The notes under the pieces are model-generated. The model was given only the letters and a program-made list of their open reading frames with translations, had not been told where the DNA came from and did not search any database. 64,000 nt of DNA from Podarcis gaigeae (Eukaryota), in the NCBI GenBank assembly GCA_964106915.2, contig OZ066919.1; one strand, 5' to 3'. Below are positions 23,248 through 37,100 of the stretch, one piece after another. Position numbers and translations under genes: made by a program. The stretch's first letter is position 1, and every line of letters starts with the position of its first letter.

Positions 23248-23500
23248 ATGGAACCGTAGAGTTGGAAGGGACCCCGAGAGTCATGTGGTCCAACCCCCTG
23301 CAATGCAGGAATCTCAGATAAAGCAACCATTACAGATAGCCATCCAACCTCTGCTTAAAAACCTCCAAAGAAGGAGAGTCCACAACCTCCCGAGGGAGTC
23401 TGTTCCACCATTGAACAGCTCTTCAACATCAGAAAGCTTTCCCATAAGTTTAGTCAGAATCTCCTTTCTTGTAACTTGAAGCCATTGTTGTTCCTGAGTA
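23248..23500 (-). mobile_element. CR1 LINE 3' fragment
   Basis: agagttggaagggacc...gtccaaccccctgc...catccaacctctgcttaaaaacctcc is typical of a sauropsid CR1 3' end. Confidence 0.7.
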
Positions 23501-23813
23501 GTCTGTAGGAATGCAAAGGTGCAAAGAAAGACAATTGTATATGGGTTTAGCAAAGCAGTGGGAGTCATATGTAGGGGTGAAATTGCATCACTTACTGAGA
23601 CATTTGGGCATTTAATTATGTAAAGAAAAGAGTTAAATGGGATAACGAAATAAGCTTTTGTCTGATTTCATATAGATGTGGGATCTTTTTTATTTACTGT
23701 TTTGGTGATATGACTAATTTTATTGGCTGTATTTGATTGTAATCAGACAGATTTTGTAAAACTGAAGTATTTCACATTAATGATATATTTTTGCCAACCC
23801 TTTCCTTTTTTAG

Positions 23814-24132
23814 GTTTATGATTTGTTGTGATAGATGTGAGGAATGGTTTCATGGAAACTGCGTAGGGATTTCAGAGGCTCGTGGGCGACTCTTGGAAAG
23901 GAATGGGGAGGACTATATCTGCCCAAATTGCACCATTCTGCAGGTGCATGATGAGACAGTTGTGGATGCAGACCAACAACAAACCATGTTGGGACAGGTA
24001 ACAGGTGATGGCACAGAGCTTACAAGCATAGGAACTGTTGAGCAAAAGTCCATTGAAGACCAAGGAATCAAGGGACGGATTGAAAAGGCTGCAAATCCCA
24101 GTGGAAAGAAAAAGCTCAAAATATTTCAACCA
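23814..24132 (+). CDS. DIDO1: DIDO1 coding exon 5 (PHD finger)
   Basis: FMICCDRCEEWFHGNCVGISEARGRLLERNGEDYICPNC; tttttag| and CCA|GTGAGT. Confidence 0.98.
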
Positions 24133-24940
24133 GTGAGTATTTAATTTGTAGAGACATGAGTCTAAGTGTGTTTCTAGTGCAACTGTTCTGGTTCAGAACT
24201 GAAGTGAAAGAAAAAGTCACCCTAGGTATAATTAAATTTTGTATTTTTTGTATGTTAGTTATTGTATTAAGCAAATACACTACTTAGATATAGGTAATTC
24301 ATTATACTTAGTGAATCAGAATACTAATATATTTTAGAAGAGGAAATAGGGGAAGTATTGCTCATTCTTAGCTACCTTGGTTGCATCTGCATGCTGTTCT
24401 GTCATTCTGTCTTTGTTCTCCCTTGCTATAGGGCTATAATTTGATGTTTGTTTGTTTAAATGTTACCAAGTTTCTTAGACATTACATTAACAAAATGCTT
24501 TCTCTTTTCTCTCTATTTCCTATCCCCTAAGTATCTTCTTCCACAATTGTCCTATTTATCCTATATACAAAGAAGGAAAAGGTGGGGTGAGGGAACAACA
24601 TATTTGTATGGAATAGTCATAGCACGCACACCCTGCTGCATGAATATCAGTTTAAGATATGGAAGAGCTATCCATAACCATAATTTCTTTTTGTCTTGTG
24701 TTTCAGTTATTTTAAAAATAGGGAACAGATTATTATGAAAGCCTCTACTCATTTCTGAATCTCACAAGTTGCTAATTGCTTCCTAGGTTTCTGTATATCA
24801 GGAATAGGAAGTCTTTGACCCTGCAAATGTTAGTCTGCAATTCCCATCATCCCTAACTATTGGCTATTTTGGCTAGGTTTGATGGAAGTTGGAGTCCAAG
24901 AACATTTGGAGGATCAAGCTCCATGCCTATCAACGCTATA

Positions 24941-25150
24941 CAGTGGACCCTCCGGATATGAACTTAATTCATCCAGGGGGTCCGTACTCACCCCGAAAAG
25001 TCCCTTTCCGGTGGCGCCGCTTATGCGCATGCACACGGCGCAGTAGAGCGCTTCTGTGCGGCAAAACCTGGAAGTATACACTTTCGGGTTTGCCACGTTT
25101 GTAACTCGAAATTACATCGCCTGACGGTAATATAACCTAAGGTACCACTA
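24941..25150. mobile_element. Tc1/mariner MITE (diverged)
   Basis: TA-CAGTGGACCCTC...AAGGTACCACTA-TA. Confidence 0.7.
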
Positions 25151-26361
25151 TACATGATTTCAATTTCTGTTGTTAATTTTGTTGTAGAGTTGATTAGATG
25201 TTACTAGAGAGTTCTGGCATTTTTATTGCAATGTGCCATAATCTAAATCCTTTTTCTATTGGTCTTGCCTGAAAAGGCCCAAATCTACTTTCACTTTATA
25301 AAATAAGTAAGATTTATAAAAATAATCAGCATAACTGTTGGGAGATAAATTATCAAAGCAGATCCTTCCTCCACACATTTGATAATAAACCAGATGACAG
25401 CACCAGATTCTGGAGGCAAATTATTATAGTAGACCAATTATGCAAATTTCACTTAATCTTATACTATACGTGATCTATAACTCCATGAACTAATATGGAA
25501 TTTGCTAATTCCTAGTTTCTAGTAAAAACGTAATTCAAGACATACCTATTCTGGAATAGATTATCAAAGTGTGGAACATACCAGAATTTGGGGTGGAGGA
25601 AACAGAACAGAGTTGAGGGATGGGAGACCAACCAAAGAGTATTTAGAAAGTGAGGAATGGAGTACAGGGGGATGCAAAGGGAAGGAGAAATATCCAAATC
25701 AAATGAGATGTCTTCATTTCAGATTATCTCTTTACTTTCCCTACACTCATTCCGATGAGGTTCAGGCGAGGGCCCCAGTCTTCCAGGGAACCTTGTTGGG
25801 GGGGAGAGAAAGGGTGGAAAGCATTCTTTCTGTGAACTCCTTTCATTCACTTATGAATTCACACTGATTAGTCTAGACAACAGCTCACCTTTACGTGGGG
25901 TGAATCCTCCCAGAAGGCAAAAAGTAGATTCCCCATCCTCACTGGTCTTGCTCGTAGAGGTTGTCACTGTGTCAGAACTTAACGTTACCCTTCTTAGTCA
26001 AGTAGACTAAGTAGTTAAGTAGACTTGGCTATTTCTAAAAAAACAAAAACCCAAGTTCTATGACTCTTTTTAGAATGTACATCCAAACATGCATGCAGAA
26101 ACTTTGAGTAAGAAAAACACCTATAGATTGCAAAATGCAGACAGTCTTTAGCACATGAACACATATGAAAAAGATAGAAACAGATGAAAAATAGAAGAGC
26201 AAACCACCATTAAGAAAAGCAAGTCTTTAAAATATATCTGAGCTTTGTCAAAGTGCATGTAAGACAGCTCTGTTTTTAGCATTGTTGTGTCAAAATCATG
26301 CCAGTGATAAAGAGTTTAAACATTTTTCTTTTCTTTTTTAATTTCTTGTGCTGTTCTTCAG

Positions 26362-26568
26362 GTAGTTGAAGAACCTGAAGCAGCCAGTTGCATTGGCCCA
26401 GGGTGTTCTAATGTTGCTCAGTCAGGTTCTGTGTACTGTGGTCACGAATGCATTCTCAAACATGCTGCAGCCACCATGAAGTTTCTAAGTGAAGGCAAAG
26501 AGCAAAAGCCAAAAGAGAAGACCAAACCAAAAGTTGAACGAACTGTTGCCGTAAAACCTCAGCCTATG
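26362..26568 (+). CDS. DIDO1: DIDO1 coding exon 6
   Basis: CIGPGCSNVAQSGSVYCGHECILKHAAATMKFLS; ttcttcag| and ATG|GTAAGT; 207 nt, phase 0-0. Confidence 0.96.
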
Positions 26569-28037
26569 GTAAGTCTGAATTGTTTTTGAAGAAAATAGCC
26601 CTTCCCACACCACACACAGAGGGAGATCTTGGAGGAACAGACATTTTGTAAAATAGAAAAAATTCATTTGCATGGTAAAAGATCCAGATTTTTCATCAAG
26701 TTATTTTGTGTGCTCCCTTGATAAGATCTCATCATTCTATCTAATTAAGAACGTAGTATCTTTGCTGGATCAGAACAAATGCCTATCTAGTCCACCATCC
26801 TCTTCCCTCTGTGGCTTATGAGAAATGCACAAGCAGGGCATTTCCACTGTTGTTTACCTTAGTGACCGGTATGGTAATTAATTTTCTTCCTGTAGTATAT
26901 AACCATCGATATACTCAAGGAATCTAACTAATCCCCATTTAAAGCAGTCTACGTTGCTTATTACCATACTTCGATGATTTTATACTGTGTGAAAAACACA
27001 GTGTTTGTGTCCTGAATCTTCTATCTATTTAGCTAATTTGAATGATCACAACTTCTGGTGTTGTAAGGGGGGAGGAATCACATTTTCCATCCTAAATCCC
27101 ACCACCACCATTGCTGTGAGAGCAGCATTATCATATATATGTCTGGTTTCCTTTACAGAATCTTGAAAAGAACTGCTGTCTCTCCTAAGAATATGCTGTT
27201 TTATAGCACTAGTTACCAAGCAATCTATAACTTAGATTGTTAGTCACATTAAGACCAGAAGGTTTCAAAAAAAGCAAAACTCCAAACCAGTAACATTCCT
27301 TGAAAAAGACATTCGATACATCGCTGGCACACACAGGTTCACAATTACAGATTAGTGCCCCATTTGATCTCATTAAGCTGATACAGTTCTCATAATAGTC
27401 TCATACAGAGGTTCTTGTTTGTAAAAGCATACATGAGAACAGGGATCAGTACAGTAAGCTGTGCCTCACTCTTGCTCACCAACTCATGGAGAGCAAAGAT
27501 CTATGTGTTTAATGGTCATAGCAATAGCATAAAAAATTATTGCAGAATAGAGAATGATTTTGAAAACATTTGCCCTGTGCAGTCACTTGATCACGAGTGC
27601 ACTAAACTCAGTCTCTTCCCTGTCCCCTGCTGTCACCCACCAGTTCAGGGAAGGGAAACCGCTGAAGTGGGGAACTTCCTGTACTCATGGAGGCTCCCCA
27701 AACAAATTAGAACCACGGTTAGGCGCAGGTTGTTCTTTGCTTCAGATCCTTTGCACCCATGTTAATCTATGGGTTGGCGGAACATCAGCTACAAACAGGT
27801 GCTCAACCACCTATTATGATCTGCATTCACTGTGCTATAGTTGTGTGTTGTGCATACTATTGATCACAAGCCAGGGTTATAGTTTCTGGAGGTGGCATGC
27901 AGAGAAATATAATACGGAATTTTGTTGTATGAGATGTATGCAAGTTCTCTAATACACAACAAACTGACCTCTACTCTTGTGTTATGATGACTGTATTATT
28001 GCAATACTTAGTGATTAAGGTTCTGCTGGTTACACAG

Positions 28038-28263
28038 GCCGGTATCAAACCTCTCTCCGCACAGAAGAGACCAGCTCCTGAAAAAAGAGAGATTATCATG
28101 AAGAAAACCGTGGCAGCACCCATAAAGACCGAAGCAAATACTCAGACAGTTGCTAAAGAGCCAGCTTCAGAAAGCAGCACACCATCCTGGGCAAGCGATC
28201 ATAATTATAATGCAGTAAAGCCAGAAAAGACTCCTGCCATTTCATCATCACTGTTGTTCAAAT
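28038..28263 (+). CDS. DIDO1: DIDO1 coding exon 7 (last exon shared with the short Dido1-type isoform)
   Basis: ESSTPSWASDHNYNAVKPEKT; acacag| and AAAT|GTATGT. Confidence 0.96.
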
Positions 28264-30770
28264 GTATGTATTTCACAGGGATATACCTCTGCAATCATTA
28301 CACTTTCCTTGAGTACCTTTCAACTTTTGACCCTGTTAAATTAGAAAGGGGTTTTAATTACGGTCTTTCCCCATCTTCAAAGATTTGCACACATACCTCT
28401 CAGGGAGAGTGTCAAGGCTCATATATAGAAACGACAACTTGGGGTTTTCTCTCAGGTTGTATAAAATGGCACTTAAGCGTATACTTGCAGGTTAACAAAC
28501 CTATTATTTTTCATAGATGATAGGTATGTTCTAATAGAAGGTAGGTAATGATAAACATTTATTTGTTTCCTAAGTTTATATAATGTACAGAGTAATTGTT
28601 TTGTTCACTTTCATTTAAGTCCCTATCTGCCTTTGCATTATGACTTAGGAATGTCAGGTCTACAAGGTTTCTGAATGATTCAAATGGATAATTTACATGC
28701 ATACACAACCACACAACTTTTAGGTATTAATTTTGGGGAGTTTTGGGAGGGGCTGATCCTCCTTCCAAGGCCCATCTTAAACCATAGTGATTTTTATCTA
28801 TGAAAGGTATGTGTCAGAGGCATTCGTCAAGGTAGAACAATAGGAGGAGAGTTCTCACCTTGAATGTCACAACTTTAAAGTATTTGAAGAACATTTTTGG
28901 CAATGTTTAGCTTATAAAGGTAAGTAAGTTAGCGCTTTGCAATGTAAAAATGATTGTTCTCTTAGGCCTGTTTTACTTCCTTCATTTAAACAGTGTTGCA
29001 GTTTTTTTTAATTGCATGGCAAAAGGTAAAGGACTTAATGCTCAAATTTTCAGACATATTTGTAATCCCCGATATAAGGCTCTGCAACAGTAACAGTAGA
29101 AAAAGACAAAACTCTTAGGTCTGCTACTAAAATAACAGTCTCTAAATGTTTGCTTTATTTCCACTGGAAGATGGCTTTGGTGAAACCCTGAAAGAATGGA
29201 GTTCCAGGGCTTGAGGAGAAGCCACCTTTCATTTCGGCCTGCTTTCATTTTGGGGGGTTTGACCAACAAAGTAATGCCTTTTGCTTGTCAGTGGCAGCCA
29301 AGAGCAGGAGGACTTGGTATCTAAGGCATGTAGGATTCAAACACCTTTATTTAAAACCTCCCGTAGGTTTGTTTCTCCTTGTCACTTTCATTAACCCAGC
29401 CCAGCCTTTCAACGAAATCTACGAAGCTTGCTAGTCCACCTGCCTGCACATAGCCCTATGGGTCACTTCTGGCACAACAGTCTGAAAGAGCCAGTTATCT
29501 TCCAGCTTACTAAAGCTTCCTTATCTAGTCACTTCAAGGCTACTTTGCCAGGCAAGTGGCTATTGAGAAGCCTTATCTTAGAAATGTCTATATCAATTGT
29601 ACATTAACTGGTACATTATCAAAATGTGAGCATTTTTGTGAAATCCAATAACTAGCGGGGAACTTTAGAGTTGGAACTATCTTTTTGTCGTTGCTGTTAT
29701 GCTTGAAAATGGACATATTCATTTAGTTTGCATTTAGTGAAGAGCTTTCACCATCTCTAGAAGCCGCTCCCACTTCAAGGTAAGTTCTATGAATGTCTTC
29801 AAGTTATTTGTATCACTGCTAAACTACCAAATATAAATTCATTCATTGAAACGACTCCTTTCTCCTTCAGTGGTGGAGGTTATCCAGGAGTGGTTACTCC
29901 TCCCCCTTTCTTGGGAGGCAGTGTTATACAAGATTTGTATCTGTAGACTGATTAGTCCTGGCACTATGTGGGGTTGGGCATGTACAGAAGTCTTATTGAT
30001 CATCACCTGATGGAGTAGATCTGGATCTCACATACATTACATGAAACTTCATTCATTTCCTTTCTGATCTCTGAAAAACACACTATTATGGTAGACAGCA
30101 ATAAGTTCTACAGCATTAGAGACATGGCACCCTACTATGCTCCATCTACTCTTGCATGTCTTTGCACTAAATATATCTAAAGTACTTATGACCCATGCTG
30201 ATTGGATGCTCGCTGCACTGTAGTGCCTGGTCGTGAGTGTTCATTTTCCTGAAAAATGACCTTAAATACATCATCACACTCTTAAATTAGATGTTAGTAA
30301 AGGGAACTTCTTAGATAACTGTACTAATTTCCTTTCATAATAGCTATAAGTTACTCTAGAGTTACTTTAGAGCAGAGGTTCCCAAACTGGTCTGCAGGCT
30401 TCATTCAAGTGGTCCATGACATGTCTCCAACAATACAGTCTAGCACAGTGCATCACAGTCACTACAACAAACAGAGAAATCATTAAGTAGTCCTCCAAGA
30501 CCCTCAGTAATTTTCAGGTGGTTTGTGTCTGTGTGTGTGGGATTTGGGGAAATGCTGCTCTAGAGTAATTTTGTACAGTAAGGTCCTTTTCAGAGTTCTG
30601 TTCAATACTTCACCCAGCACCTAGTGGGATCCTACTACACATTAAGCGAACACATGATACTGCTGTTCTGAGGAACTTCAGATGCAAAGAATAAAGGAGA
30701 CACCATGCATATTGCTCTGGGCAAAACAATAACACTGTAGGGAGGAAAAGGATTCCCTGTTGCTCTAGTA

Positions 30771-31096
30771 CAGTGTTTTTCAACCTTTTTTGGGCAAAGG
30801 CACACTTGTTTCATGAAAAAAATCACAAGGCACACCACCATTAGAAAATGTTGAAAAATTTAACTCTGTGCCTATATTGACTATATATAAAGTAATTCTC
30901 TTGAATAGGAATCAAATAAACACAAAGAAAGTATTTTATAATTACTTTATTATGAAATAGTAAGTAAACAGAAATATGAAAAATTATAAAATACTTTATT
31001 TTTAAATCTTTTGAATTTTTCCATGTTTCCCACGGCACACCAGGCAACATCTCGCGGCACACTAGTGTGCCGCGGAACAGTGGTTGAAAAACACTG
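30771..31096. mobile_element. hAT MITE with perfect 8-bp TSD
   Basis: CAGTGTTTTTCAACC...GGTTGAAAAACACTG, flanked by ctctagta (30763-30770, 31097-31104). Confidence 0.92.
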
Positions 31097-31870
31097 CTCT
31101 AGTATACCTTGTAGGCTGATAGTGTACTGTGGGGAGGGGAAGAAGTAGCTTCAGCGTCATATATCCTATTACTGTGACAGGTGTCTTACTATAACATCAA
31201 ATGTCCCTTATCTATGATTACATTTTTTTTTAAAAAAAAATGCTCGTAGGGAGAGGGTTGGGAATTAGCAGATCAAGTTCTCAATTTGGACTTCTAGTCC
31301 TTGGCTATTGAGTCACTATCAATGATTCAATGAAACTGTTCAAGTACTGAGGAAGGGAAGCCGTGTTCTGTACCCGAACATTCCTGTCACACCTTTGTCA
31401 CTTTTTACAGGTACTCAGCCACTGGAGGCAAAATTTCTGTTACCCAGAAAAAGTGGGGGTTTCTTTCAGTCTTATTGGAGTGATTTATTGTGGGTTATCC
31501 CATTTTACCCTGACAACAGCTTTCTAAGGCAAGTCAGGCTGAGAGATAGTAACTTCCCGGTGAATGTTCTAATTGAACAAGGTTTTGAACCTGAGTTCCC
31601 CACATTAAATTCAAAAAGTTCAGCTATTTGACTATGCTTGAATTTATTTGTTTCTTAACAGCAAACAATATACAATCATACCCTGCTTTATGAGAGTAGG
31701 ATGGAAAGGAGAATTTCAGATTACTTAAACATGCTGTTCAGTACACAACTTCAACATTAAAAACACAGCTATAAAACCAAATCTGTATTGCCATAATTAT
31801 GTATATGTGTCTATTGCGATAGCATTTTTGATGCAGCATTTTAATGCAGATCAGTAGGGAATTCTTTTAC

Positions 31871-32061
31871 TCTGTCATTCTGAAAGTATGATGGTGTCAT
31901 ACATTGCCATGCAGTCTTGAGTTGGCTGCAGGACAAATGTAGTCACAAACAAAGAATGTGGAATTAAAGTCCAAATAATGGGACAAAGTATTTCAAGTGC
32001 TGGTAAGAAACTTCTTACTACAAAACCAATCCAGAAATCCGATGGATGAACCTTCTGCCAC
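31871..32061 (-). pseudogene. CCDC162-like relic exon
   Basis: HPSDFWIGFVVRSFLPALEILCPII vs recalled LPTDLWKHQVMKENFSVSRPQI; AG/GT bounded. Confidence 0.55.
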
Positions 32062-32659
32062 CTACTGGGCAGGAGAGAGATTAAAGTTTCTTAATTTTTG
32101 TTGTTCTTAGTTGATTCTGACTGTTTAGAATCAGAACATTGATAATAGGATTTAAAACTAACATCTCATTTCAACACACCATCTGCTTTTCCTTTGCAGT
32201 TGAGAAAAACGAAATTGATAGATTTACTGGCCACAATGAAAGCTTTAATGTACTTCTGACTTCAAAACACAATTTCATTGTAGCTTTTATTTCTCTCTGT
32301 AAAAACTAGATTATTAAGAGTCACTGGGAGTTGAAAATGTTGTCAGTGGAAAGCTGTGAAAGAAAAAGCAATAGTGAAATTAGGGGAAGTATATATGACA
32401 AGCCCTTATAAAAATAATATCTTACTAACACACCACCTATCTGATTGGGTTGCACCTGCCACTCTGGGTGGCTGGGTCCATAAGCAAAAAGGAATTCAAA
32501 AAGAAATTCTAGCAATGAAATGGTTAAATCAGTATATAGTTGGTCCTGCTTTAAGCTGCTTTTTCTAATAAGTCAAGACTAGTCTTTAATACTCCCCTCA
32601 GCCCTTCCTTTCCATTAAAGTTGGTTTTAAAGTGCTAGAATGCTTTAACATCACATTGA

Positions 32660-32816
32660 TCTATACTGAGGTCAAGAGTAGTGTCAGAGTGCTGTTGTAA
32701 ACTCCATTTCTCAGGTAGTAGTAGTCAATTAACAGTGCTTAAATTGAAGGAAGTAATTAGCGGTCTGGTGAGAAGAGAAAGGAGCTGGCAACATCTCAAG
32801 ATGCAACCAGGATATT
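32660..32816 (-). pseudogene. CCDC162-like relic exon (3' boundary approximate)
   Basis: ISWLHLEML vs recalled ILWKQLEVL; acceptor ctgtttag. Confidence 0.6.
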
Positions 32817-33789
32817 CTAAACAGTAGAGGAAGCATGTCACTAATTTTTCTTCAAAATCAGCAGAACACCTTGAAGTTCAATGTTTTCTCATTGTAGAGC
32901 TTTTTCAGATGAGAATAGTTGAAAACCAGAGAGTAGTAGTTATGGGACTAGAAAGAGGACGAGTACTCTAATAATCCAGCCTTGTTAATTAGTGACTGAA
33001 CTGCAAAAAACATTTACTCATGAGAGGGTTTCATTTTATGACTAAAAAGGCTAGTAAAAATGTAGGAGGCTGACAGAGGAGATATTTGTTGACAGCCTTC
33101 CAATACTGACAGCCTGGTTGATTTATATGCTAGGTGTACAAGAAGGGACTGTGCCTCCTGTGCAAGCAATATAAAATCCTGCTCTCTAGGTATTCTGCTG
33201 CATTTCTGTGCTGGCAAAAGAGGAAGGGGCTTTCCTTTTTCCACAGCCAGGGTAGAAGCTAGTAAAATTGCAACAAATTGGTCCGGAGGGAATTTTGTGC
33301 CTTTGCCTATGTGGTATTCCTTATCACCAGGGGCAGCCAGACAGGTGCTTAAATAGAAGAGTGTTCTAATCACTTGAGCATTTGTTCTGATCAGAGCAAG
33401 TCATATTTTGTGCCTTAGAGCATTTGCGAGATGTTCCATCCTGGGTAGGTGTAGGAAACTACATGCTGGCCTGGAATTAAAAAGATGGTTATATAGAAGT
33501 AAGCATAGTGTGCAGAACCAGGGGCAAGTTCTTACCTGAAGAAAATCTCTTATATGAGAGCAGTGACCCAGCTCGGTTAGCAGGTGTAATTCAACCATTT
33601 GGGGCTGTCTTGTGTCTACCTCCTCAATTCTTTCTTCGCTAATCAAATATAAAGGGAATGTAAAGTTCCTTCCTACTATATATGTTTTGTGTTTTTTATC
33701 ATCATTACCTTAAACTGGCTGAGTGACTAATTGGAACTCTTCCTCCTCCCCTCCAAATAAAAGGGGTTCTCCGTGCTGATGTCTTATAC

Positions 33790-34195
33790 TTCCAGTATTA
33801 CAGACAAAGGAGCAGATCTGGACTGCTGCGTGGCTTCTGACTGTGCCTGAAAGCAGTGAATGGGAGCTGAAGATGCCCTCCATGGAGCTACATCTTCAAG
33901 ATCTGTGCAAGAAGACTTAAGCGGTGGGCTGCACCACATATTGCAGGGGAGGTGTATAAGCTGCAGAAACATCCACTTACCTGGGTTGGGTTTGGGAGTG
34001 TGTGAAGATTTTTCTTGTCCCACAGGCCAACTGATGAGATTCTAGATGCCCAAGGAAGGCATGCTAGACCTTGCCAGGATAGGTTTCCATAGAGCTTGAG
34101 CACCAGCGCTTGCCAATTCAGTGTCCCATTTGCAATTGGTGCCATCTTGGATGATTCAGAGGAAGAAAACCGTCCTGAAAAGCGGCTATCCTTCC
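33790..34195 (-). pseudogene. CCDC162-like relic exon with frameshift
   Basis: NLSWQG...NLHTLPNPTQV then (shifted) KWMFLQL...LKSSCTDLEDVAPWRA vs recalled DWGG...SLQSPQDPIQV...EVMLLQF...IRRTFLAAGNVPAYQS. Confidence 0.6.
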
Positions 34196-37100
34196 CTGCC
34201 TATAGTAGATCACTACTGATAAGGCTGGTTAAAGTTCATCACACAGCATGTCACAATTACCCAGCTAAGTTGAAAACAGGTTCATCACTAATCATTTCTA
34301 AAAGGCTATATCAAACACACATGAAGCAATGCCTTATATTTATTTTCTGTACAGCACTGCGTATAGACAGCATTAATTTTCCTTCAGTTCCCCTTTTGTA
34401 AGGCTGGAGAAAACTAATTCACCCATATCTAGAAGATTATGGTTAAAATGCAGAGAATCTGCCTTAATCAAGTTATAAGAGTTCGAAACCTGCTTTGTAG
34501 GCAGCCGCAAACAGTTGCAGTTTACATTTGTTCCAAGTGGGGAGTAGTACAACTGAAAATAGTTTGAACCAACAAGCGGTCCTGGGTGACTTGAATTGGG
34601 CAAATGCTCATAGACTTGCCTCACTATTACAAAGAAATCCTGACACAGATATAACACTTGCGAGTCCAGAATCTGGGTTTAAAGCAAGCCTTGCTTTCAT
34701 CCTGATTTGATGACTCTCGAGAGGGGTGGGCAATGCAGCGTGTTTTGAGGTGGGGGGGGGGGGGAGATGCACTTTAGAAGGTGCTTAGTGGGTCCAGAAG
34801 GAGAACCAGGAACAAAAAATAATTGATACATAATACAGATTTAAAAGCATAACAGGAACTATCTTCCTCCAACCGCAGACAGGAGGATTTGAGGCAGATT
34901 TTGGTGACACGTCTAGGAACCAAAGACTCAGGGCTACATTAGGGTGCTTGAGTGTCTTTCAAGCATGGCTCTACATGCTGCTGATGCTCTGAAGTGTTGC
35001 ATTCATCTCCCAACAGTGAACATGTGGAGGCAACACTGGTTACAGTTTGTGGTAAGTAATATTCTGGAATGGCTGCAGCACCTGCTGATCTTTGCCATTT
35101 ATACTATTCAACATTAGGGAAGTGCTTGGAATGGGTTTTGCTTTTTGAGGGTTTAAAATACCCCTCCTACAAGCCTTCACACCCATCTATTGCACTGTAA
35201 ATGGGGGCTTGGGTACTTTTTTATTTACCTGGGGATTCATTCCTACAAGAACATTCCACTTCCATTGTCTTAAATGGACTGGATGTTCTCTGTTAAAGAG
35301 AACATTACACACTCCATAGCACAATTCTGTAATAGGGCTGCATATAAATATTTTCAGTGCACAATAAAAAGTTAGGAAAATCCAATGAATACTAGAACTG
35401 ATTAGGCATATGTGATTAGCATCATATGAAAATTACCTCAAGTTTGGCCCTTTGATAAGACGGTTTGTCTATGCAGTTAGTAAGATCTTCCACACACTAC
35501 TAGTGAATTACTAGCTTAGCCTTCTATTTCAGTTTCCCTGTTTAGCAAAAGGGAAACAGTAAATTGAGTAAAAAGCCATCTTGGCTTTTAGGGGAGTTGG
35601 AATGAGAGCAAACTACTCCCCATTCTGACCATCTGGTTTCTTGAGACAAATAAGGCCTGCAGAGGTTCCCATCTACTTTTAGCCTTGCACAAATCGGCAA
35701 CCCGAGAACAGCACACAAGATTCTCTTAAGCCACTCGCTGGGAAACATTAGATTATTGCAAATTGTGCCACACGGAGACTTGGCAGAAACTGCTTTCTCA
35801 GAAATCTGCAATGAAATGCATTTGGGATTTTTGTACATTTTAGCTACAGCAAACAAAACTAGCACAATCCATGTACTAAATTCTCAAATCAACCTAAGCG
35901 GAGCTCGCATTGACAATCCTCACGATGCTTACCAACTATCTCACTCATGATACTAAATCTTGCTTCTTGCCAGAAGATGCCACCTGAGCCCTGTTACTGC
36001 AGTTTACATTTCATGTGATACTAAGAGTGTACAACTGGATCATGGGGTTGATTTGCCCTATTTCAACCAGTTACTTGAGGCAGCAGTGTAATAACAGGCT
36101 ACCGGTGCAGTGGTTACCAAAGCATTTTGGCCCTAGCTTTATTACTGAAATTTTGCATTGTTGCATGGTATCCAAATAATATGGGCAGCAATGTTTGAGA
36201 AGCAGTCATGTGCAGGTGTTGTGATGCATAATCATCTCAACAGAACTACTAACCGCCTGTGCTTTGCTGAAATGGTTTCAAATTGGTATTTCAGGTAGGG
36301 TATTCTTAGCGCACATAATTTCCCACAATTTGGCAAGAACATGATTGCCATTTCACAAGGAGAAAATTAGATTCATGCCTTTGTTTTAGATGAGGTTTTT
36401 TTTGTTTTGTTTTTTAATAAAGTGCTCCTGGTTTCATCTGATACAAATTATTAAGTTAGCCATTTCACAGATTTGGTTATTTTTTTGTAAGCAAAGTCAA
36501 ATTTCTAAGTCAAATGTAGGTGCTCTTTGAACTGAATCTGCAACAGTGGTAGTTCACTCAAAACTACTTCTGAAAGGTTAGCTTTTCTGAAATCATTAGA
36601 GAATCGTGCAGTAGAAGACAAGATGGGGAGTCGTGTGTGGACTGGTAGGTGAGCTCTGAGGTCATCTATGCGAAGCAGCTCCATATACATACTACAACAG
36701 ACATTTATTTTCATGAGGGCTAGAAACTTGATTAAGCTGAAATTTCTAGAAATCTGAAAAGTACGCTGGGTGTGATTTTGTGATTTTCATCCTTGCCATG
36801 AATTAGTGTCACTGGGTAAACCTGGAAACCACATTTAATCTGATTGTTACTATCATATCTAAAGTGAATACTTTTTGAAGAAGCCATATATGATGAATAA
36901 GTATGCCAAGTTCTAGACATGAAGAAGATTTAAATTATATGACCTTTCTGCACCTCCCCCAGTCAACCTTCCATATAATGTTTTAAAATCTCTGTTTACT
37001 GGCTCATATTTTTGTGGTATTCACTTAGAAAGATACATATGCTTTTTGATGATGGTATACAGAACCTGACTCTATATGGGCTTGCAAACAAAGGCTTAAA

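Noticed and set aside
21559-24129. Minus-strand ORFs overlapping DIDO1 exons (also 48767-49000, 50034-50399, 62961-63328)
   Set aside because: Antisense shadows of real coding exons.
33014-35865. Individual minus-strand ORFs of 80-119 aa as independent small genes
   Set aside because: Better explained as surviving exon frames of the CCDC162-like relic; the listed starts are mostly intronic or non-ATG.
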